Origin: the human T2T-CHM13v2.0 reference genome, Homo sapiens
Assembly: GCF_009914755.1 (NCBI RefSeq)
Contig: NC_060928.1
Length of the DNA: 64,000 nt
Direction: 5' to 3' (one strand)
Part shown: in pieces, positions 53,185 through 64,000 of the stretch
How positions within the stretch are numbered: the first letter of the stretch is position 1
Layout of the letters: every line of letters begins with the position of its first letter
Made by a program: the position numbers and the translations under genes
The notes under the pieces: generated by a model
Seen by the model: only the letters and a program-made list of their open reading frames with translations
Told to the model about the DNA's origin: nothing
Databases searched by the model: none

Positions 53185-54135
53185 ACTTTAAACTTAAATC
53201 CCCCAAACCAGGCTCCTCATATTGTATCCCACTGCGCTACCTACCCCTGTAATAACTTCTTTAATGATCTTCCTCATCTCAGTAAATAGAACTCCATTCC
53301 TTCCATTGTTTAGTTCAAATATCTTGAAATCATCCCTGACTGCTCTCTTTCTTTAACACCTCAGATCACACTGTCAGTGAATCACATTATTATATCTTTA
53401 AAATATATCTTCCTGTCCACCTCTTTATGACCTCCTGCATCTAATACTCCATTATTTTTTGCCTACATTATTATACTAACATCCTTAGAAATCTCCCTTC
53501 TCCAGTCCTTCTCTCATAAACCTTTTGTCAATAAAATAGGCAGAAAAAGAGAGCCTGTTTACATACCGTGGATTGTATCGGTCCTGTGTTCAAAACTCTA
53601 CATCAGCCCCCTACCTCTCTGGGAAGTGAAGATGAATCCTGCTGATGGGCTCCAAGGCTGTTACCTATTCATCTCTTGTACTTTGTCTTCTCCTCCTCTC
53701 AAGTTCATCACCCTCACATTCTATTTTTCTTTGGCAATTTCAAACACACAACCACCTCCAACTTTGGTATTTCTTTCTCCTCTGCTTGCAATATTCTGTC
53801 CTAAGAAATCTATGTGATTGGATTGTGTACATCTTTCATATTCTTATTCTAAGTTTTCTCCATGAAGTTCTACCTGGCAAGTCAATCTAAAGCTCCACAC
53901 CTCTGCGCATACTCTACTTTATCCCTTCTCTGCTTTTCTTCTAAGTATTCATCACTACAGTTGTCTAACAGTATACATTTTGCTTATTTATGTTGTTTAT
54001 TGTGTGTCTCCTCTATTAGAATCTAGATTCCATAAGGCCAAGGAATTTTTTGCTTTAGAAATGTCACTGCTGTCTCCCCAGAAACTACAAGAGTATCTGA
54101 AATATTATAGATACTTAATAACTATTTATTAAAAC
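53185..54135 (+). mobile_element. L2 LINE 3' portion
   Basis: CTTCCTCATCTCAGTAAAT...TCTTGAAATCATCCCTGACT...TAGAATCTAGATTCCATAAGGCCAAGGAA...TACTTAATAACTATTTATT. Confidence 0.7.
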
Positions 54136-57100
54136 AATCAAAATGTAATTTTAATGGATCAAATTTCTTAGAATAATTCCAGACAGTAGTTGAAAAAAAG
54201 TGTCAATAAATCCAAACTGTGGCTGAAAAAAAGTACCTTTCATATTAAAATAAATGTTCTTTTTTGTTTCTAGGTGGGGAAAAGAGATTAAAAATTTGTA
54301 AAGAAAAAAAGTGTGAGTATGTTTGTGTCTGGTGTATGAAGGACAAAATAATTGCTCAATTAAGAAAGCGTTTATTGAACATTTATATGTCCTATGTCTT
54401 TTGCTGGGAGATGTTAGATAGAGAAATCAACAAGCAATGCTTCTGCACACAAGGAATTCAGAATTTGTATTTTGAATTTTGTATTTTGTATTTTGAACTT
54501 GGCATTTAATGCATGCCAAGAAGGGAGCTATTTCAGTTACTACACAATCCCATTTTATATTCTCAACCATGTCACGTGCTATGTTAAAACATAGGCTTGA
54601 AGTGCAACCACATCACTTTGCTAGTCTTGTACATTTGGGATATTATCTTCCTAGACTGCATTTTTCTCGTTTGTATAATCAAACCAAGTTGCTGAGGATA
54701 TTCAATGAATTAGTACATGTAAACTATTTAGTTATGGTGGTTGTACTATAGCAAATTATATATTTTAATTATATTAATAATTATTTTACATCTATTCTTA
54801 ACAAGTTAATATTGTTATTAACTGTCTTACAAACTTAGCAACTTCTGAAGACAACTATTATATGAATACATAATTATAAAATGCTATTATTGAAAACACA
54901 AAATTATGGAGTTTTGGAAATGACGTATGGAAACACTTATACCCTGCTGGCAGGAATGTTAATTGTTATAACAGTTTAGGAAAAATTAGGCCATAGTTAT
55001 CAAGAGGCTTAAAACTGTAGAAGATGCGTGTGCAGGTCAGATAAAGTCTAAGAACAGATGATTTGTTCAGAGAAGAAATTCAAAATAAATTTAGTAGCTG
55101 AAACTAAGACTAGTTTGAGGAATAGTTTTAATATGAAACTAAAAGCTATGGACTTGAACTTCTAGATAACAGAGAGTTGTTAGGAATTTTTAAGGATTTA
55201 ATCTCTTAGGACTATGTAATTTGTATTGGAAGAAGAGGGCACTTCAGGAAAGTAGAGCCTATGAAGAATTTTAGCAATTGCACAAGTGTCTGGTGACATG
55301 GCCTTGAACTAGTGATTATGACAATTTTAAAAAAGTAAACATTTTGAGAACTATTACAAAAGAATTGACAAAAAAATCAAGAATGATTAGATTATATACA
55401 AAAACAAAAAGCAAAGATGCTTAATATTTTGAACACAGAGTTACTGAAATCTTGAGACATTTTTAATTACAAGGGATTAGAAAGGTCAGTGTCTTTTTAA
55501 TTAAGGGCATATAATCATAAGCTTAACAGTAACAAAAACTCATAGATCTTGCAGAAAATTTTGTTAAATTTCAATGTAAATTTTAAAAGTAAAAAATAAA
55601 ATGATTAATGCAATCTAGAACAGACAGATGAATCAAAGCCATTAATTTAATTTTGAGAAACTAAATTATTAAATTCACTAAATTAATTCAGAAATGGCTT
55701 CTCTTGACATAAAGAAGTTATCATTCCTTTTGAATAATATAAATATTGATGTCTTTCAATATTATATGCATGTAAAAATTTTATAATGTTCAAAATATTT
55801 GGAAATTTTAATTGTTATTTATTACTGGTAGCAAGTAATTAAATGTAAAATAAACATTTGTTTGGCACACTGGTGATTCCTTATTACAAATGAGAACGTT
55901 TAACAAAGCTTATTCTTGTAAGTTTCTTCACTTTAATTTTTTAGTTTAATCAAATACAGATGACTTATCCAAGACTAAAATGTTTATCTTTTAATCTTTG
56001 GTGTTTGTTAAAAATTAAACTAACTACTTATCAGTTTGATGTTCTTCTTTCACAGTATGCATTTGAATAATAAACTGTTATAACATAATAGGGACAGATG
56101 GATGTTTACACCTAAACTGAATGATACATAATTTTCATGGTCATCTTTTTCCCTTTTCAAAAGTCTATTTTGGCATTTTTCCCACTTCCATCTACTTCAT
56201 TAGTACTACAAGCATTGTCCAACATGACAGTTATTTGATTTAACCAATTCAAAGGCATCCTACTGAGTAAGTAATCAAGGCCTTGCTGATTCAAGATTAT
56301 ACTGTGGAAAACTATTTCAAGCTATATTATCTCTCAGTATATAATTAAGGACACTTGCATTTTAAAATTTGATAAAATCTGACAATTTTTTAACTGAAAC
56401 GTCAAAGTAGTTAAAGATTTATACACTTACGATTTAAATGCTAACCCCTAACAATTTTCTTTGGAAACAAACGAACATTCTCTGTATGCAATGACTATGT
56501 TTTATGCAACTTGAATTTTGTTTCAGGAAAAGACATCCTAGATAATTTATCAAACTGATACCCTGAAATGGCATCAATATTTAATAACTATTAATCTTTA
56601 AATTAGGTTTTATTTCTTGGTTTTTTGTTTGTTTCACTTGAGATACTGGGCTTGGAGCCACAGTTCTACACATTTTTAGGAAGAATATGTGAAAGTTGAG
56701 ATATTTTCAAAGCAGCGACTACATGCACATTATCCTTTTTTTCGAAACCAAAGAAGATGTTAGAAATGATCTACATATAAAAGTGCCATCTTCCTATTCA
56801 AGCAACATTTAAAAAAAATATAGAATGTCATAAAAATACCCTTTCCTATATCTTGGCACCCAGTACATGATGTATAATTTCATCTCTGAATTTATTACAT
56901 GTATTATCCGGTTTCCTCTAAGATTTCATTCAAGTCATTGTCCATAGGCTTGATCAGTAGAAAGGAGATTTGAGAGTATTATTCAAGGAGCAACAAGTCT
57001 CCTTTTAGGGTCTGGTACAGTTTGGAAACCGCTCTTCCAAATAGTAAACCTATTTCTACACTCTAATATACTCAGAAATATACAGAGAAAGACAAAGAGG

Positions 57101-57487
57101 TGGCAGCACCAAGAATTATCAGGAATAGTATCTCTAGATAATAATAAAAACCTGCCTGGCATTTTTAGTGCGAAGTTGCAATGTAATGCAATTTGTATTG
57201 AAACTGTAACATGAAAAATAAATTTTTCTGACCTATATGAACCAAAGCTATTGTAATTAAAAGTTTTAACAGAATATGACCAAGAAAATGAGAGAATTAG
57301 GAACAAATGTAGACAGAGAAAATGATGTTACCCATAATATGTCTTAGGAATGTACCAGTTCTTTGAGAGCTGAGATATAGTAATTGTATTTATATATTTA
57401 TAGAAAATTAAATTTAATTATTATTCCAGAAAGTACATTTTGTCACTTATTTTATCTGCTCTTTTTATAAAGTCATAAGGAGTCCTA

Positions 57488-58700
57488 CAGATACAAAAAT
57501 CTTCAGCAGAGTAAAAGCAAACCAAACCCAATAACATACTAAAAAGATCATTTCACATGATCAAATGAGTTTCAGCCCAGTGAGTCAAGGCTGTTTCAAC
57601 ATATGCAAATCAAAAAACATGACATGTTATATTCGCAGATTCAAGGATGAAAACCATATGACCATTTCATTAGATGCAGAAAAAGCACTCAATACAATTT
57701 AACATCCCTTTATGATGAAAACTCTCAATAAACTGGGTTTAAAAAGAGCGTACCTCAATCAACAAAGACCACATATGACAAACCTACAGCTAATATCATA
57801 CTGAATGAGGAAAAATTGAAAGCCTTTTCCCTAAGGTCTGAAACAAGACAAGGATGCCCATTTTCACCTCTTTTTACTTTCATTTTAGAGTACTAGAAAA
57901 CCCAGAGAAAGCAATTAGGCAAGAGACTGAAATAAAAGACATACAAATTGAAAAGAAAGAAGTCAAATTGTGCTTGTTTGCAAATGACATGGTCTTATAT
58001 TTAGAAAATCTCCCCCCAGAAACTTTTAGAACTGATCAATAAATTCAAGAACATTGCAGGATACAAAATCAACACACAAAAATCAGTATCAATTCTATAT
58101 GTCAATCTGTAAAAGAATTCAAGAAAGCAATTTCATTTACAATAGCTACAAAAAATCCCCAGGAATAAATTTAAGCAAAGAAGTGAAAGATATCTGAAAT
58201 GAAAATTATAAAACACTGATGACAGAAATTGAAGAAGGCACAAAAAATTAAAAGACATCTCATATTTATAGACTAAAAAATATAATGGTGTTAAAATGTT
58301 TATATTATCCAAAGTAATATACAGATTCAATGCAATCCCTAACAAAATGCCAGTGAAGTTCTTTACAGAAACAGAAAAAAAAATCCTAAAATTCATATGT
58401 AATGACAGAAGACCTAGGACAGCCAAAGCAATCTGGAGCAAAAACAAAATACAAACAACAAAAAAAAACCCCAAAACCGACAGCATCCCACCACCTTACT
58501 TCAAACTATACTGCAAAGCTATAGTAACCAAAAGAACATGATACTGAGATTAAAACAGACAAATAGACCAATGGAACAGAGTAAGAAATTCAGAAATAAA
58601 TTTACACATTTAAGCCAAGCCATTTTGAGAAAGTCACCAAGAACATACATTGAGGATAGTGCTGGGAAACTGGATATCCATAAACAGAAGAATAAAACCA
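57488..58700 (+). mobile_element. Old L1 (L1M) ORF2 reverse-transcriptase fragment
   Basis: ORFs 57854..58042 ([33 protein letters not shown], a degenerate FADD motif) and 58296..58541 (IYRFNAIP...[12 protein letters not shown]). Many stops and frameshifts. Confidence 0.9.
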
Positions 58701-58709
58701 ATGAAACTG

Positions 58710-58857
58710 CATACCAAGAAAGGGGCCACCACTAAGAACCAAATCCGCTAATACGTTTATCATGGACTTCCCAGCCTCTACAATTATGAGAAATAAATAT
58801 TTGTTGTTTAAGTCACTGTCTATGGGATTCTTTATAGCAACCCAACCTAATTAAGGG
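58710..58857 (+). mobile_element. MLT1 LTR 3' fragment
   Basis: TGGACTTCCCAGCCTCTACAATTATGAGAAATAAATATTTGTTGTTTAAGTCAC...TATAGCAACCC. Confidence 0.75.
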
Positions 58858-59546
58858 AGCACCTTAAGGTGATAAAGAGATTAAGCAAATTTGGTCTCTC
58901 CTTTGAAGTTATCCTAACAGCACTGTGATTTCCCCATATATGTGCTACTTACAAATGGATTTAAAAGAGAAACAATATTTCAAATTAGCTTGTTTCTTTC
59001 ATGAAAACTTTTGGTACATAAATGGAATTACAGACTGAACTGGCAAATATTACTCTATTGTTAAATATAAATATATTTCCTTATGCTTGAAATTTCCTTT
59101 CTCTGTCTTCCACATAAAATTGTGCTGACAATCTCAAAGTATACGAAATAGGAGATATAATTAGCTCTAAAGAAGTGAAATGTATTCAGCCTGAAGTAAT
59201 GACAAGATAGAGATAATTCTCTGCCAAGAATTAGTGTTAATATCTTAATGTTTTTTAATCTCACAACTGATAGTAGTATGGCTTAAAAAATCCATATTAA
59301 AATAATAATTTATAAATTGTTTGGTATTATTTTAAATGCTTTGGGACATTGATGAAATAATATTTTTGGATAATTTAAGTGAATTTATTTTAAGGTAAGT
59401 TTCTCAATTGATACTTTTTATCTATTTGACTTATATCTACCTACAGCAATAAAAGACAAATTTTTTTCAACTTTGTTGTATATAGAGAAGCATCAAAGCA
59501 TTATTTTATGTGGGGAAATAAGTTATAAAACATAGTATCTGAAATC

Positions 59547-59871
59547 ATTTATTTATTTATTCATTCATTCATTCATTCATTTTTTGAAATAAGGTCTCAC
59601 TCTGTCACCCAGGCTGGAGTGTGGTGGTAAGACCTCAGCTCACTGCAACCTCTGCCTCCCAGGCTCAAGGGCTCCTTCCAACTTCTCAGCCTCCTGAGTA
59701 GCTGGGACTACAGTCACGCACCACCACGTCTGGCTAATTTTTGTATCTTTTTGTAGAGACGGAGTTTCGCCATGTTGCCCAGGCTGGTCTCAAACTCCTG
59801 TACTCAAGCCATCCACCCACCTCCACCTCCCAAAGTGCTAGGATTACAGACATGAGCCCCAACACCTGGCC
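59547..59871 (-). mobile_element. AluJ-family SINE
   Basis: (TTTA)n(TTCA)n tail, AGGTCTCACTCTGTCACCCAGGCTGG, J-type CCCAGGCTCAAG and TGTAGAGAC...ATGTTGCCCAGG. Confidence 0.9.
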
Positions 59872-59946
59872 TAGAATTTTACTTTTTTAATTTAACTTTG
59901 TAATAGATTTTAAGGAATTTAAGTAAAGAATGTAGCTAATTAATGT

Positions 59947-61973
59947 ATTTTTTTAATTTTTAATTTTTGTGGATACATAGTAGGCATATGTATTTATGGG
60001 TTACATGAGACATTTTGATACAGGCATACATGTGTAATAATCACATCAGGGAAAATGAGGTATCCACTACCTCAAGCATTTATGCTTTGTGTTACAGACA
60101 ATCCAATTATACTCATTTATTTTTAAAATGTATAATTATATTATTTTTAATATAGTCACACTTGTACTATCAAATACTTATTCATTCTTTTTAACTATTT
60201 TTTAATAGTTATAATAACTAATAACCATTAGTCATCCCTACCCTCTACCCCCACTCCACTACCCTTCCCAGCCTCTGGTAACCATCCTTCTACTCTCTAT
60301 CTCCATGAGTTCAATGTTTTAATTTTTAGCTCCCAGAAATAAATGAGAATATGCAAAGTTTGTCTTTCTGTGCCTGGCTTATTTCACTTAACATAATGAC
60401 CTACAGTTTCATCCATGTTGTTGAAAATGACAGGGTCTTATTCTTTTTTGTAGCTTAATAGTACTCCATTGTGTATAAATACCACATTTTATTAATCTAT
60501 TCATCTTTTGATGGACACGTAGGTCACTTCCAAATATTAGCTATTGTGACTAGTGCTGCAACAAACATGAGAGTACAGATATCTTTTCAATATAGTGATT
60601 TTCATTCTTTTGCATATATACTTAGGAGTGGGATTGCTGGATTGTATGGTAGCTCTATTTTCAGTTTTTTGAGGAGCCCCCAAACCGTCCTCCATAGTTG
60701 TACTAATTTGCATTCCCACCAATAGTGTACAAGGATTCCCTTTTCTTCACATCCTCACCAGCATTTGTTATTGCCTGACTTTTGGTTATCAGCCATTTTA
60801 ACTGGAATGAGATGACTACTTACTATAGTTTTGATGTGCATTTCTCTGATTATCATTGATGTTGGGCACTTTTTCATATACCTGTTTGTCATTTGAATGT
60901 CTTCTTTGGAGAAATATCTATTCAGATCTTTTGCTCATTTTTAAATTGAGCTATTAAATTTTTCCTATAGAGTTGTTAGAGCTCCTTATATATTCTTGTT
61001 ATTAATCCCTTGTCAGATGGATAGTTTGAAAATATTTTCTCCCATGCTGTGGGTTGTCTCTTCACTTCGTTGATTGTATTCTTTGCTGTATAGAAGCTTT
61101 TTAACTTGATGTGATTCCATTTGTCCATTTTTGCTTTGGTTGTTTGTGCTATGGGGTATTATTCAAGATATCTTTGCCCATTCCAATGTCCTGAAGAGTT
61201 TCCCCAGTGTTTCCTTTTGTAGTTTCATAGTTTGAAGGCATAAGTTTAAGTCCTTAATTCATTTTGATATTTGATTTTTGTATATGGTGAGAGATACGGA
61301 TTTAGTTTCATTCTTCTGCATATGGATATCCGGTTTTCCAGCACCATTTATTGAAGAGACTGCCCTTTCCTCAATGTATGATTCCAGCACCATTTTCCAG
61401 CACCATTTATTGAAGAGACTGCCCTTTTCTCAATGTATAATCTTGGCAACTTTGTCAAAAATGAGTTCACTGTAGAGGTATTGGTTTATCTCTGGGTTTG
61501 CTATTCTGTTTCACTGATCTACGTGTCTGTTTTTATGTCAGTACCATACCATTTTGGTTACTATAGCTCTGTAGTACAATTTAAAGTCTAGTAATGTGAT
61601 TCCTCTAATTTTGTTCTTTTTGCTTAGGATAGTTTTGGCTATTCTGAAAATAAAGTGGTGAAAAAAGACATTCCAAGCCAATGGAAATGAAAAAACAGCA
61701 GAAGTAGCTGTACTTATTTCAGACAAAATAGATTTCAAGACAAAGGCCGTAAGAAGAGAGATTAAGTCTGATGTTTCTTTGTTGATTTTCTGTCTGGAAG
61801 ATTTGTCCAATGATGAAAGTAGAGTGTTAAAATCTTTAGCTATTATGGTATTTGGGTGTGTCTTTCTCTTTTTCTCTAATAATATTTGCTTTATATATCT
61901 GGGTGCTCCAGTGTTGAGTGTATATATATTTATAATTGTTATATTATCTTGCTGAATTTACCCCTTTATCATT
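59947..61973 (-). mobile_element. L1MA-like LINE 3' end (to 61646) joined to rearranged endonuclease-domain fragments
   Basis: L1MA-type 3' UTR (TTTGTGGATACATAGTAGG...TTTTGATACAGGCAT...ATAATCACATCAGGG), then antisense ORF2. 61644-61759 is plus-strand EN and 61760-61973 is minus-strand EN. Confidence 0.88.
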
Positions 61974-62099
61974 TCTCCTCATGCTAAATATATTAACTCT
62001 ATCCTCAGACCTTTAAAGCTTTCTCCCAATACAGCATTAACTCAGATTCCTGAATCTTGTAATTCAAATTAGATGTAGGTGTTCTGATGCTCCTTAGAT

Positions 62100-63068
62100 A
62101 TCATTTTTTGAGCATGATCTCTCTCATCCTATAAATGTGTGAACTAAATTGGTAAGTTGCCTGCTGATTCCTGCTCCAGGGAAAACAAAACATAACACAA
62201 AACAATATACAACAATAAGACAGAGGCAGTGTAACCACAATAGCCATTCCCATTCAAAAAGGAAATTCATAGGCACGTAACAGTCACTATTTCATAGAAA
62301 CTTTGAAACCCAGTCTGGAAGATGTCACCAATTTCATGATTAGAGCTGAGTTCTGCTCCCTGGAAATGTATGCTCTGACTTTTAGCTCTAGTTCATGGGT
62401 TTTGTCCTTTGAATCATTGTTTTGGCCCATGTTTGTGACTACACGGGCCTCCTATGGTTGTTTAGAAGACTAGGTGGCTGTAAGATCTTTTTATTTTGTG
62501 CTCTCTGTGGTCCTTTTATTCTAAGTTATTGTTGTTTGTGAGTGACATAGTTATCATAAAAATTTTACAGGTTTCATTAATATTGTTAGGTTATTTGATT
62601 GGATAGGCTCTTCTCTCTCGTAAAAAAATGTGTGGGTCTTCTGTAAAATAATGTCTTTAAGATTCTTATAAGCGCTTGATTTTTAAAAGAGATTAACAAA
62701 GTAATGTCTTAAAACCTGTTGGCTTTTGACTAGTTGAAAGGTTATGTGTGGCAGCACTTTCACTTTTATATCTAAAACCTTGTCAAAGATGAGGGGAAGG
62801 AGGGACTAAGCTTGGACTATTGACTGTAGCAACAATGCATGGCATCCAAGCATAGTCGGGATACCCAGCCTCCTCACATGGTAGATGAGAGCTCCTGGAG
62901 AGAGTTAGCAGAGACAGATGTGGATGCTGCCAGTTTGTTCTGTTAAGGCCTTATCCTGGACACTGGCAGAGGATGACTTCATCATATTGGCAAAGTAATC
63001 ATCCAGCCTCCTCGTATTAAATGGAAGGATATTATAAAGGAATCACCGCTCCTGTTTAATCCATCACA
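62100..63068 (-). mobile_element. Old MaLR internal and LTR remnants (MLT1-like)
   Basis: CATTCCCATTCAAAAAGG (MLT-int-like) and CTCCTCACATGGTAG...GCTGCCAG...TTTAATCCATCACA (MLT1-like end). Heavily degraded. Confidence 0.45.
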
Positions 63069-63601
63069 TGCATTTTGGGGAGAATTAGGTCACAGTAGTA
63101 TATCATGAGAAGAAACCAGAATCACAAATAGAAATTACAATGAAGCAATCTTTAATGTTATGACAAACAGCCTGAACTTTCATTCTAAAAGCAACTGGGA
63201 GGCATCAGAGATATCTTAATGAAGAATTATAAATGTTGATGTAATTAAGAAATTTGGGAATGAAAGAAAAGAGAAATGGAGCAGAATCTTTATGGCAAGA
63301 AAATTTGAATGAAGACTGAAAGTTTTTTGCTTTTGTTTTTGAGAGCATTAAAGGTAGTGAAGGTATATTTATACATTCTTTTAGTCTGTAGGAAAGGAGT
63401 CCATATAAAAGGAGAGACTAATGCAAAAGAAAGAGTAAGGGAATAATTGATGGGAAAAGGTCATGAAATAAAACCACAAGAAATGAGATCCCCACTACAG
63501 GTGTTGCAATTAGTCTGGCAAGGAAGGAGAATTTCTCCTTTCCTGGAGTCCAAAGAATGTGGTGAAAATGGATAAAATATTAATAATTTTGAGTTATAGT
63601 A

Positions 63602-64000
63602 TGTGGTGGGCTGAAATATATGCCTCTCCCTCCAAAGGATATCCTATTTCTAATCCGTGGAACTTGTGAATGTTTCCTTATATGTCAATAATAATGACAA
63701 AGCCAAACCTTGGCAGATGTGATTCAATTAAGGATCTTAAGATGAGGCGATTGTTCTGTATTATCTGGCTGGGCCTTAAAAGGAATTACTTGTATCCTTA
63801 TAAGAAGGAGACCGAGCGATCTTACTACACACAAAGGGGTAGGTGATATGAAAAAAAAAAAAAAAGAAAGAAAAAAAAACCGGACACTTGAAGATTCTGG
63901 CCTTGAAGATTAGAGGGAAGACACAAGGCAAAGAATGTTGACAGCCACCAGAAGATGAAAAAGGCAAGAAAAGGATATTTCCCTAGAGCCTCGGTAGTGA
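63602..64000 (+). mobile_element. MLT1C/D-like MaLR LTR, truncated by the window end
   Basis: TGTGGTGGGCTGAA...CTAATCCGTGGAACTTGTGAATGT...GCAGATGTGATT...AAGGATCTTAAGATG...AAAGGCAAGAAAAGGATATTTCCCTAGAGCCTC. Confidence 0.85.

Overview
Human (or very close great-ape) genomic DNA containing the 3' end of the giant atypical cadherin gene FAT4 on the + strand. Its last six coding exons (4480-20088) splice in frame at GT-AG boundaries and encode the end of laminin-G 1, an EGF repeat, laminin-G 2, further EGF-like repeats, the transmembrane helix and the whole cytoplasmic tail ending EQYV. A ~1.2 kb 3' UTR ends near 21250. The remaining ~43 kb is AT-rich gene desert with the MIR2054 hairpin and many transposon fossils (Alu, L1, L2, MIR, THE1/MST/MLT1/MER31/MER50 LTRs, Tigger1, Tigger3, MER5, MER20). 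I see no new protein-coding gene and no convincingly new biological system. The best leads are splice-level features of FAT4 (two frame-compensating alternative donors around an EGF exon that is open in two frames, a NAGNAG acceptor behind a T27 tract, a possible stop-free 609-nt circRNA, possible last-intron polyadenylation) and several unusual retrotransposition or repair scars. Repeat subfamily names come from recalled consensus sequences and need Dfam/RepeatMasker confirmation.
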